In this document: positions 21,801 through 29,652 of the stretch, in pieces
Position numbering within the stretch: the stretch's first letter is position 1
Layout: the number at the start of each line of letters is the position of its first letter
IMG/VR virus record: IMGVR_UViG_3300013286_000010
Span: 19,093 to 83,092 of that record
Length of the DNA stretch: 64,000 nucleotides
Strand: one strand, 5' to 3'
From: a virus
Made by a program: the position numbers and the translations under genes
Notes under the pieces: model-generated
What the model saw: only the letters and a program-made list of their open reading frames with translations
Databases searched by the model: none
Told to the model about the DNA's origin: nothing

Positions 21801-24800
21801 TTCAAAACTACTCGCTAGCTGAACCGTCGTTCCACCTATGATAGGCAAAGTAGGAATTGATTGAAAGTATACTAGATTAAATGTTGTTCCGCTTTGATGA
21901 CTAGTTTTTACTCTGTAATAATTATTATTATAAGAAACTAGTTGACCTGCTTGATAAAATGTTCCTGTAGGTGCAGAATTAGCAGATGTTGTATCTGCCG
22001 ACGAAAGTCCAGTTGCTCCAGAAGACGAACCGCTAGTCCATGTTACATATGATTCAGAAACTCCACCAACTGTTATTGTAGGCGTATTAGAATTTCTAAC
22101 TGGCATGTATATATCAAAATAAGGATTACTAGAATCGTAACCTTGGATAGAATATTTGTCATTTATCTTCTGTACAACTAGACCAGAAATGCTTACTTTC
22201 TTTACAGGATTACTAGTGTTTAAAATTAAATTATAATTTTCTTGAGGCAGTAACGCACCTGGACTAGTGCTATTTGGTTCGTATGCATCAATGACAATTT
22301 GTAGTTTATCTTTGCTAACAAACCCGCCAACTTTATAGAATAAATTAAAATCAATATAAGATAAATCTTGTTTTAATTGATCAATATAATTTGTAGATCG
22401 TTGTTGACCCACTTCGGAAACATAAACACTATACCCACTAGTTTGTGTTTTATCAACATCATCGTGAATTTTAACTGCGGTAATATTTAAAAATTCTCCA
22501 GCAGTTCCATATGTCCATTGTCCGGCGGCATTTTTAATTACTCTGCTAGTATCGTACATCGATGATGCATAGACAGCAGGTTTAGTTAATGCTAATAATT
22601 TTTGTACAACAAACGGCCAATAGCTACTACGTCGCCACGATGTTTCAGCAGGACCCTGATCACCAAATTTCCAAGGCTGACGCGTGTTATAATCAGTAAC
22701 GTCAGTTACTAAATGTGCAGGGGGCGGTAATAAATGACCAAAGCGGTCAACTGGAATTATTCCTAATAAACCAGGACGAGCATAAACGCTATTGGTAGTG
22801 TTATTGTGACGATTGTATCCGTTTGATAAATCAGTCCATAGTTTAGTATTTGTAGATAAGTAAGGAGCATTACCATATTCTGCAACCCACCATGATGGCC
22901 TTTCAGCAAATCCTAACATTTCCCAAGGATGAGTATGAGGTTTGTCAGTATCATAAAAATATTTAGATACGCCTCTCCAATATCCCGGAACATACGTTGA
23001 GTGAGCTGCATTATAGCTACCTGTATAATTCCAAGTAAATTCAGCAGTGTTAATACCATCATATAAAATGCCGCTGTCTTCAAACACAGTATTAGTAGTA
23101 TAATCTATGCCGTAGAATCCAGCCCATTTAATGAAGTCACTTTGTAGAATAGAATTAATTTCGTCTACAGAGTAATCAGTAGTTCTAAATGCTCCGGGCA
23201 TTACACTGTTAACATCTAATAATTCTGATCTGTATTCTGTTTTGATGTTATTGTAAACACGTTTTTCAAATTCAAGAATAATAGCATCTCTATAATCATT
23301 GTAGGCTACCATTAAGCTACCATCATGACCTTGAATAACATTTACAGGAGTAAGATATGTGTTATCTTCAAATATGCTAGGAGCAAATCTTGGGAATAAT
23401 CCCAACTTAGTAGGAGTAGAAGGTACAAAAGATCCTTCAGTACTAAAGTAATCATCAACAACTAATACATCACCCTTTGTTAAAGATTTTAAAATTCTAA
23501 CAGATGAATCATTAGTTACAAACTCGTAGTCGTGATCACGTAGTAATTGTCCTCCATTTAAGTAAACAATAATAGAACGTAGGCTTAACGTAGAAAGACT
23601 AAAGTCACTAGTAATAGGATATACAGTATTACGAGAATCTGTTACTGTCCATGTTCTAGTAGTTTTATCAGTTCCGTAGGCAATCATGTCTGATAGATAG
23701 TACGGAGACAATAAATCTTTATCTACATTTAATTCTTTTAATGCTCTGTCAAGGCTTCCTATTGGATTAGTTTGTGTATCAATTTCAGAAATCTTCTTTA
23801 AAAATAACAACTTGAATTGATTATATTGATCAGCAGATTTTGTTAGTGCATCGATAACACTGTGTTCTTTCTTACCAATAAAAAAGTTTGCAAATGCTAA
23901 CGGATTAGCATTAGAAATTAATCTAGTGCCATAACTAGCAACACCAAAAACATCTCTTAAATTTAAAACGCCAGAATAGTCTCCGTGAAGATGACGATAC
24001 CTGGTTAACGCTGTTTGTAAATGATCACTCAATTCACTTAAGGTTAAAGATGCGATTGGACCATTTAATGGATTGTTAGTTAACGACAATGGCAATTCAT
24101 AATAGCTAGAAGTAGCTCCATGAATAATAGGAATCGGATATGGTTTAGAAGTTGCCCAAACATTGCCATATGTACTATTGTTTATAAATTTGAAATAAGT
24201 GTCAGCAGTCGGTACCGTTGTAATATTCTGATTTGTTTCAGAAATATCAAATGTACCGTCCATGAAATAGTTTTTAAACAGATAACTGCCTAGCCCTGCA
24301 CTATTTTTATATTTTAGCGGGAATCCCAATACTGAATCATTTGCACCTGTGCCTATGTCATAACTGAATAATTTGTTCCCTGTAAAATTAGTCAAATAAT
24401 GTGCAGTATCACTATAACTATTTCCGTTACTGTCAAACAAATCAAATAATGGTGCCTGATTTAATGTGGGATGTTGTTGTGCATATTGCCACTTACTGCT
24501 ATCAAACCACCAATTTGTTCCAGCATACTGGTTGCCTGTGTTTATGCTAACATTAACTTTGTCCGATACATTGATAATATTAACTAGCTCTATTCTCGGA
24601 TACCCACCAACGGTTACAAAGTTAACTTGAAAAATTTTGTTACGTACTGTTGCATCAGTGTCGGCATTAAAGATAATAGTATTTCCTTGCTCCAGTAAAG
24701 TTCCATCAACATAATATCCTGCAGAACCTTCTACTTTATTAAATGCGTCTAAAGTAACTGTATCAATAAAATCGATGTTAGAAATTCCAATTTCTCCAAA

Positions 24801-25745
24801 ATTAAATAATTTTAGATTTGCATTAAATTCAACAATAGGACGCTGTGCTCTTTTATTTGCAGGATATAATGGAATTTGATTATTAACTTCCGAACTTATT
24901 TTAATTACATCACCGTGTATCCATCTATTGTATTTTGACCAAGGGTTAACATCTTGACTAGCACGGTTGATAGTTATATATTCAGGAGTAATAGGCAATG
25001 TTTTAAAATTATCAAACGGATAATCATCAAATGCATTAGCATCAAAGTTATCATTAAAGACAGTTTTTATACTCTGAGAGCCCGACAATAAATCATAACT
25101 GACTAATTTAATACTACCTCCTACACCTTCTACAAAATATTCTTTTTCATAATACGACGAAGGAGTAACATTTCCCCTAAAACGTAACTTCATTCCATTT
25201 GATAAAGGCAATTCAGACGCATATGAGACAACTGTACCTATGGTCAGTGTATAATTTGTTTGACCTACTATGGCTTTTTCTAAATTGCCAATAGAAGTTG
25301 CATCAACTACAATAGTTTCTGGACCAGTTACTAACCAATAATATTCTTGATAATTTATAAGTTTGTCCCAATCAACTTGGGGATCAAAAGAATACACCTC
25401 TGATCTAAACATCCTATCAAAGTTATCATTTTTTCCGCCTTTTGTAGAGATTTCATTTGTTAAATCATCAATACCTATTACATCGTTAACTGTACTAGAA
25501 TTATCTTTAACTACCAATGCGGGCTCTAACTGATAATCTCTACGCAAAGGCAACGATTCAGTAATATAAACATCTGTTAAAGAATTGTATGTTGCAGTTT
25601 GTGTGGATCCAATGTATCCGTCAATTCGTTCTAACTGGGGAGGCTGTATTAATTGGTCAATAGTACTGGATAAGAATTTTGCGTTCTTATCCGTTCTAAA
25701 TATTTCAGGTAGTAGATTGATAGACTTGATAACTTTATTTGCCAT
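12852..25745 (-). CDS. Giant (4297 aa) baseplate wedge-like structural protein
   Basis: Uninterrupted 12.9-kb ORF immediately after gp6, in the gp7 position. Contains FG-GAP-like propeller repeats and G.GY...P.V repeats. Confidence 0.8.
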   Translation of the reverse strand: MANKVIKSINLLPEIFRTDKNAKFLSSTIDQLIQPPQLERIDGYIGSTQTATYNSLTDVYITESLPLRRDYQLEPALVVKDNSSTVNDVIGIDDLTNEISTKGGKNDNFDRMFRSEVYSFDPQVDWDKLINYQEYYWLVTGPETIVVDATSIGNLEKAIVGQTNYTLTIGTVVSYASELPLSNGMKLRFRGNVTPSSYYEKEYFVEGVGGSIKLVSYDLLSGSQSIKTVFNDNFDANAFDDYPFDNFKTLPITPEYITINRASQDVNPWSKYNRWIHGDVIKISSEVNNQIPLYPANKRAQRPIVEFNANLKLFNFGEIGISNIDFIDTVTLDAFNKVEGSAGYYVDGTLLEQGNTIIFNADTDATVRNKIFQVNFVTVGGYPRIELVNIINVSDKVNVSINTGNQYAGTNWWFDSSKWQYAQQHPTLNQAPLFDLFDSNGNSYSDTAHYLTNFTGNKLFSYDIGTGANDSVLGFPLKYKNSAGLGSYLFKNYFMDGTFDISETNQNITTVPTADTYFKFINNSTYGNVWATSKPYPIPIIHGATSSYYELPLSLTNNPLNGPIASLTLSELSDHLQTALTRYRHLHGDYSGVLNLRDVFGVASYGTRLISNANPLAFANFFIGKKEHSVIDALTKSADQYNQFKLLFLKKISEIDTQTNPIGSLDRALKELNVDKDLLSPYYLSDMIAYGTDKTTRTWTVTDSRNTVYPITSDFSLSTLSLRSIIVYLNGGQLLRDHDYEFVTNDSSVRILKSLTKGDVLVVDDYFSTEGSFVPSTPTKLGLFPRFAPSIFEDNTYLTPVNVIQGHDGSLMVAYNDYRDAIILEFEKRVYNNIKTEYRSELLDVNSVMPGAFRTTDYSVDEINSILQSDFIKWAGFYGIDYTTNTVFEDSGILYDGINTAEFTWNYTGSYNAAHSTYVPGYWRGVSKYFYDTDKPHTHPWEMLGFAERPSWWVAEYGNAPYLSTNTKLWTDLSNGYNRHNNTTNSVYARPGLLGIIPVDRFGHLLPPPAHLVTDVTDYNTRQPWKFGDQGPAETSWRRSSYWPFVVQKLLALTKPAVYASSMYDTSRVIKNAAGQWTYGTAGEFLNITAVKIHDDVDKTQTSGYSVYVSEVGQQRSTNYIDQLKQDLSYIDFNLFYKVGGFVSKDKLQIVIDAYEPNSTSPGALLPQENYNLILNTSNPVKKVSISGLVVQKINDKYSIQGYDSSNPYFDIYMPVRNSNTPTITVGGVSESYVTWTSGSSSGATGLSSADTTSANSAPTGTFYQAGQLVSYNNNYYRVKTSHQSGTTFNLVYFQSIPTLPIIGGTTVQLASSFETEVKQIPYKTEFSTIQEVYDIIVGYGKWLEAQGFIFDEYNSDFATTIDWNFSSKEFLYWTSQNWSNNSIITVSPFANQIKYSLANTVVDSVFDSFYDYSLLSANGTSFPRQNLSVTRDNGVCTIKTSNSTDGIYFATIYSVQKEHAMVFNNTTIFNDTIYDIETGYRQRRMKLTGFRTANWNGDYFSPGFVYDSAQINDWLQYTDYQSGDVVRFNSQYYSANKNITGSAKFDFNLWTLLGNKPVAGLLPNFDYKINQFEDFYSLDIDNFDSGQQKMAQHLIGYTPRVYLNNIFTNPIAQYKFYQGFIKEKGTRNAITKLAKASIHNLQGQLGYSEEWAFRIGYYGAYETYQELEVPLTEGKFIENPQVVNFVNSAPSAPNDLIYYSAVTDQIIVPTDYNPLTTFPVETDTDFEFELITAGYVRIDDVTATAYNESSLLNLANNGTIKEGDTVWMGFKKNSDWDVYRYSRVDADIIGVDVVTYSGEITFKTNLFHGLSVGDIVSVSKFSSDADGIYTVIKTPSVSEFTVASPSISLTSLGVDPIPLYKFKSARTSSYDNLPTDDELLKFSDNTIFWVDNDDNYKWKVYQKINNFTPVISTGTNKNEQLGRSISKRKGSDIFVVGSPAYTATSIAIRGKVSVYKKTGDDFRGQLNYTLNDGTLHYYDVERAPITDFGHCVVYDDTAFSTTTYGLIFASAPLASYVSTTGSNYSNYVEQGLIKISSINPQILEENTQAVLTVPVSTSSYQHFGHSIYVQRNINTKLMLVGAPGTNNTGTGTVYAYQITTATNSINVAYVKQLTTSSVTTIGSKWGYSISGSDNANILAIGAPGHFTNTGLVSIFTGTSAVFSQTLVSPFGKYGQFGEKLLVSPNGAYLFVSAPYSKNDNLSYGKVAIYTATNGLFVLQSVLTNPAPGPGMYFGKDIDITVSNDSLVISAIGNNKNLYSTFDITNTESIFDVDSTMFYGTIKNSGTVYVYNRKDTRFVLADDLESTVIDDDTFYGTSVTIDDCILVGAPSLKNSNTVNAFYQFNKIDKSTNGFKILREQDSLTMVDAIQRVTLINSFTEEIINYLDVVDPLKGKIVGIADQELTYRTTFDPAVYSAGTTSTVIDSETNWLEDHVGELWWDLSTAKYVWYEQSDLTYRKNNWGKLFPGASIDVYEWVGSSYLPSEWSQLADTALGLTEGISGQPKVADDSVISSKQVYNSVTNSFSTRYYYWVKNKSTVPDVKNRRASSYQVASMIYNPTAYGVQYAAIIDTNAIALANIGSLLVGNRIHLNVAIDSTNKNIAESSTNRHTEWLLLQEGSATSRPNALLEKKLIDSLLGHDKLGNPVPNPTLTSRTRYGIGIRPQQTLFKDRLEALRNLVEFTNSVLLKNRITGNYSFANLNKQQLVSDINSHEYDQTVEDNEGLLIIDTRLFAIPKLRCVIDNGKIQTVIIDNPGFGYKISPTVKIISDVKSDAEISTEIDNQGRVISVKVVNAGNGFTEAPTLEVRPYTVIVLADTQFKNRWSKFIYDLDTLTWARVATQQYNTPLYWKYVDWVSTDYNPFLDFTATVNDVYEINELTLSAGQYVKIKNGGSGHYIILEKTALGIVGSFSTDYNIVYNENGTIQILDTIWDLPLSSYGFDQNNSYDQTLYDQTPDIELQYMLIALRDDIFVNELKVNWNLFFFKAVKYALSEQKLLDWAFKTSFINVVNYAGALDQRPVYKISSSDYYEQYLDEVKPYHTIVRSFTSNHTLVEPTNTFSTDFDNPYRWVNGNLVDYYQTDNFAVGDVDATTDYIKSLNLPKPQESFLLNRGFALDHISVSHPGTNYTSAPTVLVFNEYYQVIEDFRAIAHIESGKVISIEITNNTTSTFYRQPTVKLQGGTTGVVAIAYTHLTNKQVRTNQIGMKFDRVGSTDQIGNNIVVDQFVCNGSVEEFTLNWLADADKSKITITLDGNVVLRSDYTIKYFTAQYNGYTKKFSKVVFLNYVPLVSQVLKVIYTKSINLFNASERIQNYYKAASGMPGFDPENPEFDQLISGINYPKTIIEGLPFTNSAWDFLYGSGSTNTFDTVPYADDVGFYTTAVVTTTATIGSNTFILDSVTGIEAGQNVNIISTTSTVFKITNVLVSAVYALSSSIEVSDFSTTEIPKGYVIEFWKYEENSNLLDSAIDGNSSSPEVIINGDAFYTADTSHAPEEFLPGQASDSVGINVYTKTFYGAPVVFSHSIDIISNVTTRRKLGIVPPSNNNITVSFNGKMFSVSDFIPTELDSPFFYIDWEHNEIVVGPQSVSGYLGYTIISIGGGHIGRENGIIDSASATHLPGSSTIFGFETIAQVSSLASTSSVKSAYVTVNGSAITTITTALPYFELTFSNIENDRAAVNVYGLTPGTTSTIQAWFFGTQYDYFNEISEQTIALNTSAFTATCINIKSNEIDPIVAAPIVEYYNPNTKIRKQLTPPHIDYYQVTSSTNNVFLINNQGTFNTYDGTVRAYRNGNKLTPGFDYTVSDNLLTIDISRVALVSGDAIAIVDLPTGGDKDYDYDIYYDNAGIPKLQLSVSTSTGEIKVLTYNDNDDMMIRTERFDGNPNRRFKVTRPVTNINYVWVQLNGTPLTSGLDFDVLDDQLTIQISDAYSILSTDSIVIRSMVDQRLATTLLGYRIFNDMFNRTSFKRLSKENTTYLTSPLSYKDTEIHVADATVLTQPMLSKKIPGVVIIDGERIEFMKASKTVLSQLRRGTLGTAPSRYSAPGTKVIDQSVNQTIPFTETIKTQVHYTSNGVSTYSINTVTQKLTVTGTNEVLISDGIILNSIVNPEDQVQVFYGGRLLRKSGTYIHDTTITYDSPDTKGIKIGTTSTVAGLPYTTEIGKAYTVTSTNQVWVYTDSIEPDSFKGYVYRGLQYLPPEFTISNTQQLILNITGGVGDRIKLAVVKKEFDKSAEWNDVDPNNSRRTLSIIDSTTLPAKFLQEKTAELPDKYYYGGDITLTDNDGSPLLDDNNKPLTEGF

Positions 25746-25746
25746 A

Positions 25747-28700
25747 TTAACTGCTGGTTACTATTGATGTTGTGTTTAATTGTGATGCTGTAATTGCATC
25801 AATAATCTCTATGTCGAATACTGTTGCACCGCTGATAAAAATCTCGTTGCTCAAACAGGCTACCTCATATAGACTTCCAAAATTATTTGATTTGGGAACT
25901 ATTACAAAGTTTGTAATATCAGGTGTTAGTAAATTCATTACATAAGTTGATAACTCGCTGAAGTAAAATGTTTGACCAAAATCCCAATTAGATAAAGCAA
26001 AAAAATTATTAATTGCAGATAATATTCTAGTCTTTAATTCATTATCACTGATTGGTCTAGCAGGATTTTTTACAGCTTTAAAAGTTGCTTGTAGATTAAT
26101 GGTTGCTTTTTTACCAAATAATACTTTGTATTTTACAGGTTGGAAAATAATTTCATCGCTAATTGTTTTAATATTTTCTAACGATGCTGCAAAATTTTCT
26201 TCTAGACTCTGACTAGTAGGAGCCAACGGCTCTGTGCCAACACCCGTAGATAACCAATTACGATAACTGGTATCATATGACGAAGTTAACAAATACACAT
26301 CCATGATGTTACTCTTACTAGGATCAATTCTTCTGTCTTCTCCACTATTATGTACATAATGGAAATTTAATCCAGACTTACCAGGATATGCAAAGTACGA
26401 TGGTTCATACACCAATTGGTTATATGTACCAGATGCTGTAGAAACGCTTTTTACAACATTTATTTTAGGATTGTAAAAATAATAAAGCGTACCAGTAGAT
26501 AATTCAGCTGGAAGATCGGCTTCTGTAGGATATGTTTCAAACTGATTACTATTCATTAATGTGTATCTTAAACCGTCTGCTGATTTTTTAAAATAAACAA
26601 ATTTATCTTTAAAATTAGTATCAGAAGTATCAGGTTCTACGATATTATTAAATGTATCAAGATCAAGAATTTGACCTGAATTATTATAATCATAGAAACT
26701 TACTTTGACTTTTTTAGGTTCTACATATCCATCAGCTTCAACAACTGCTCCGTCAATTTGCCATTGATAATCTTTTCCTAGACTTCCTGGATTAATTGTA
26801 TTTGCAATAGCGTTAGTGGCTGTATTGATTGATAATACATTAATTTGATCTTTGACTACCTTGTCGTTGACAAAGTCATAGTTAACTGTATTAGGATCGA
26901 TAAAGAACGAAGTTTCTTTTTCACTTTCAAATATAAAATCAGTAGTTCTATATCTAACTTTGTAACCTTTACCTGTCCATACAAATGCAACAAACCAACT
27001 AGCATCTAAACTAGAGTTAGACGTATCGCCTTGTGTATCTAAATTAAAAGGATTAGTTAAATCTAAATTTACAGCTGAAATTATGTTCCATGCCCTATCA
27101 TCTTTTAAAAAACTTAATCCAAAATTTATTTGGTTAATGCAAAAATTTGCAAGTTCAGTTTCAAAAGAAGTTGAAAATACATTAACAAATTTAGGAATAA
27201 TTTTTGTAGGTATTGCAGAACTAGGAATAACATTATTTAATATGATAGGTCCAGTGCCGTTATCCAATGTACCTAATCCCGAATTAGATCCATCGCCTAC
27301 CACTTGAGAAACTTTGACCCAAATATATTTTAATGTTGTTCTAGTTTGTTTATCAACTAGTTTACCGTTAGGAGAAAAATATTTCCCTGTAGGTGGAACA
27401 AATTTTATCATTGCTCCGGGTGCAGTGTATTTTAAATTATTTGAAGAAAAATACCCAACATTAACCGGACCGTCAGTGTTACTAAAATATCCTCTAGATT
27501 GTGTGGAAGATTTATTAACCTGGTTCCATGTCAATTCTAAATTACTGATATCAGTTTGTTGATATTGATCAAAGTAAAATGAACGCATTGCCGCAGATGC
27601 AATAACTGGTTCTAATTGCTGTTTGATAACAGCCAATATTTCATTACGGCTAGTGAAATTAAATTCAAAACTATCTTCTCTATTATCTTTGTACAAGATA
27701 CCGTCTGTCGCAAAGATGTTGGTCTTACTATATTTTCCACTAACATCGCTTAATTCAAAATACTTACTTAACCCACTAGATACTCTGTTGACACTTTTAA
27801 CTTTAATAATATCACTGCCCAATGTTAGTGGAGCAATATTATAATCTTCAGCAGTAACCATTCTATTCTGTACATAGAAAGCCTGCGGAGCTTTGCTTTG
27901 TATACTAGCATTAGATTCTGCGCCAGAACTATTGCTAACAGTATATTGTAGTCCCATGGTCAATGTTAATGTGTGACCTTGCCCATTTTTATTATGATAA
28001 GGAATCTCAATAACAATGCCACTCATCTGTCCTGGTTTAATAGAATATGTTAGTCCATTACTTTGTCTGTAAAATAACTTAAATTGACCTCTTGGTAAAT
28101 TACCAAAACTTCCATCAGCAAAATTTAAATCAATCTGATCACGGTCTCTACTAGTAACACTATAGATGTTTCTTACATCGTTGTTCAAACTATTGTATAT
28201 AATGTTATTACCAACTACATCAGATACTTTAGTCCATAGATTTGAATAAGCACCGTTACTATCAAGTTGCCATAACCATACATCAGTATTATTGATATCG
28301 TTAGTATTAACTCCAACGATTTCATTAGGTACAGGATTATCTATCGAAAAACTAGATAGATTTAATGCACCTTGGCGGAAATATGTAAAGAATCCTGTAT
28401 TTGCACTACCCGATCCTTGATTATCATTTTTATAAATTAAACTAAACGAGTTTGCAGGCAACGGAGCATCTTCATATATAGATGTCTTTCCAGAAAATGT
28501 TGCTGGAACAATTTCAAAATTCATTGCTGTACCGTTTATGTTCTTTAAAAAACTGTAAACAGGAATATCGTTATTTGTGCTGTTTATTTTATATTGTTCA
28601 GTTAGCATACCGTCAATAGTTTTTCTATCGTAAGGTTTTCCAAAAGCAAAACTGCCCGCCATAGTAGAATTGATAATAGTAATAAATTGTTGATACCAAT

Positions 28701-29148
28701 TTGAATTAGCAGGATCGTTCCATCCAATTGTAGTGTTGGCTAAATTAATTCCATTGCCATCAATGACATTATCTGTTGTAGAAATGCCGGTAACTTTTAA
28801 GAATCCGCTAGCAGGGGTGTTACGTTTAGGAACATAACTGATTAACTGAGCAAGGCGCAGGATACTATCACGACGTTGGGCTGTTTCTAAAAAGTTTTCG
28901 CGGGCATTTAAGTCAATACGGAAACTTAAATTCTGTCCTAGGTATGCAATAAGGTCAATAAGAGCAACATATTCACTACTGTCAATAAAATCGTTAAAGT
29001 CTTCAGGAAAGTTTTCCTGAAGATATTGAATCATTGTTCGGCGTAGAGTTTCAAAATCATAACTTTGAAAGTCAGCATTGCGGAAGCTCTGATAGATCTT
29101 TTTCCAATCTTCAGCCACTAGCAGTTTGTTATTTGTAGATGGAATCAT
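25747..29148 (-). CDS. Baseplate wedge subunit, T4 gp6-like
   Basis: YDFETLR...LIDLIAY...NARENFLETAQRRDSILRLA, F.DG.FG..P and QNRMVTAEDY. Confidence 0.9.
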   Translation of the reverse strand: MIPSTNNKLLVAEDWKKIYQSFRNADFQSYDFETLRRTMIQYLQENFPEDFNDFIDSSEYVALIDLIAYLGQNLSFRIDLNARENFLETAQRRDSILRLAQLISYVPKRNTPASGFLKVTGISTTDNVIDGNGINLANTTIGWNDPANSNWYQQFITIINSTMAGSFAFGKPYDRKTIDGMLTEQYKINSTNNDIPVYSFLKNINGTAMNFEIVPATFSGKTSIYEDAPLPANSFSLIYKNDNQGSGSANTGFFTYFRQGALNLSSFSIDNPVPNEIVGVNTNDINNTDVWLWQLDSNGAYSNLWTKVSDVVGNNIIYNSLNNDVRNIYSVTSRDRDQIDLNFADGSFGNLPRGQFKLFYRQSNGLTYSIKPGQMSGIVIEIPYHNKNGQGHTLTLTMGLQYTVSNSSGAESNASIQSKAPQAFYVQNRMVTAEDYNIAPLTLGSDIIKVKSVNRVSSGLSKYFELSDVSGKYSKTNIFATDGILYKDNREDSFEFNFTSRNEILAVIKQQLEPVIASAAMRSFYFDQYQQTDISNLELTWNQVNKSSTQSRGYFSNTDGPVNVGYFSSNNLKYTAPGAMIKFVPPTGKYFSPNGKLVDKQTRTTLKYIWVKVSQVVGDGSNSGLGTLDNGTGPIILNNVIPSSAIPTKIIPKFVNVFSTSFETELANFCINQINFGLSFLKDDRAWNIISAVNLDLTNPFNLDTQGDTSNSSLDASWFVAFVWTGKGYKVRYRTTDFIFESEKETSFFIDPNTVNYDFVNDKVVKDQINVLSINTATNAIANTINPGSLGKDYQWQIDGAVVEADGYVEPKKVKVSFYDYNNSGQILDLDTFNNIVEPDTSDTNFKDKFVYFKKSADGLRYTLMNSNQFETYPTEADLPAELSTGTLYYFYNPKINVVKSVSTASGTYNQLVYEPSYFAYPGKSGLNFHYVHNSGEDRRIDPSKSNIMDVYLLTSSYDTSYRNWLSTGVGTEPLAPTSQSLEENFAASLENIKTISDEIIFQPVKYKVLFGKKATINLQATFKAVKNPARPISDNELKTRILSAINNFFALSNWDFGQTFYFSELSTYVMNLLTPDITNFVIVPKSNNFGSLYEVACLSNEIFISGATVFDIEIIDAITASQLNTTSIVTSS

Positions 29149-29168
29149 AATTTTATTGTTCTATACCG

Positions 29169-29176
29169 TATTTATT
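29169..29176 (-). promoter_or_regulatory. Late promoter (AATAAATA)
   Basis: Intergenic, upstream of the gp6-like ATG 29148. Confidence 0.55.
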
Positions 29177-29196
29177 GTATTAATAAACTTGGTATA

Positions 29197-29631
29197 TTAT
29201 TGTGTCCTTAAGCCAATTGACTGGTCAAATGTCAACTTCATGTTAGCAGTTTGATCAGTTCCATTCATTTGCAATGTTAATTCTAATTGATAACCGTTGG
29301 CATATTCAGTTAGATCAATTTGTGTAGGTGTTACTCTAGGATCAAATGTACAAATACGATTAATATCTTCTGTTAACGTATCGCGAACTTGGTCTGTTAA
29401 TGGCTCCATTAATAGGTCCCAAATGATACTACCAAAATTAGGTTTCATTAATCTTTCACCTCTTTTGGTATTGAAGTGATTTATAATGTCTTGTTTAATT
29501 AACTCAAAATCATATAAACTTGTATTGGCGGTTGTATTTGCAGAATTAAAACCTTTATAAAAATGATCTAATTTTGTCAAAGGCTGGACTGTTGTACCAG
29601 GATTATTAAGTTCAATTGTTTTGTAGGCCAT
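29197..29631 (-). CDS. Baseplate wedge subunit, gp25-like
   Basis: LIKQDIINHFNTKRGERLMKPNFGS.IWDLLMEP...DPRV motif. Confidence 0.9.
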   Translation of the reverse strand: MAYKTIELNNPGTTVQPLTKLDHFYKGFNSANTTANTSLYDFELIKQDIINHFNTKRGERLMKPNFGSIIWDLLMEPLTDQVRDTLTEDINRICTFDPRVTPTQIDLTEYANGYQLELTLQMNGTDQTANMKLTFDQSIGLRTQ

Positions 29632-29635
29632 GATG

Positions 29636-29643
29636 TATTTATT
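29636..29643 (-). promoter_or_regulatory. Late promoter (AATAAATA), 4 nt before ATG
   Basis: Minus strand reads TAAATA-CATC-ATG. Confidence 0.6.
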
Positions 29644-29652
29644 TTTTAATTT

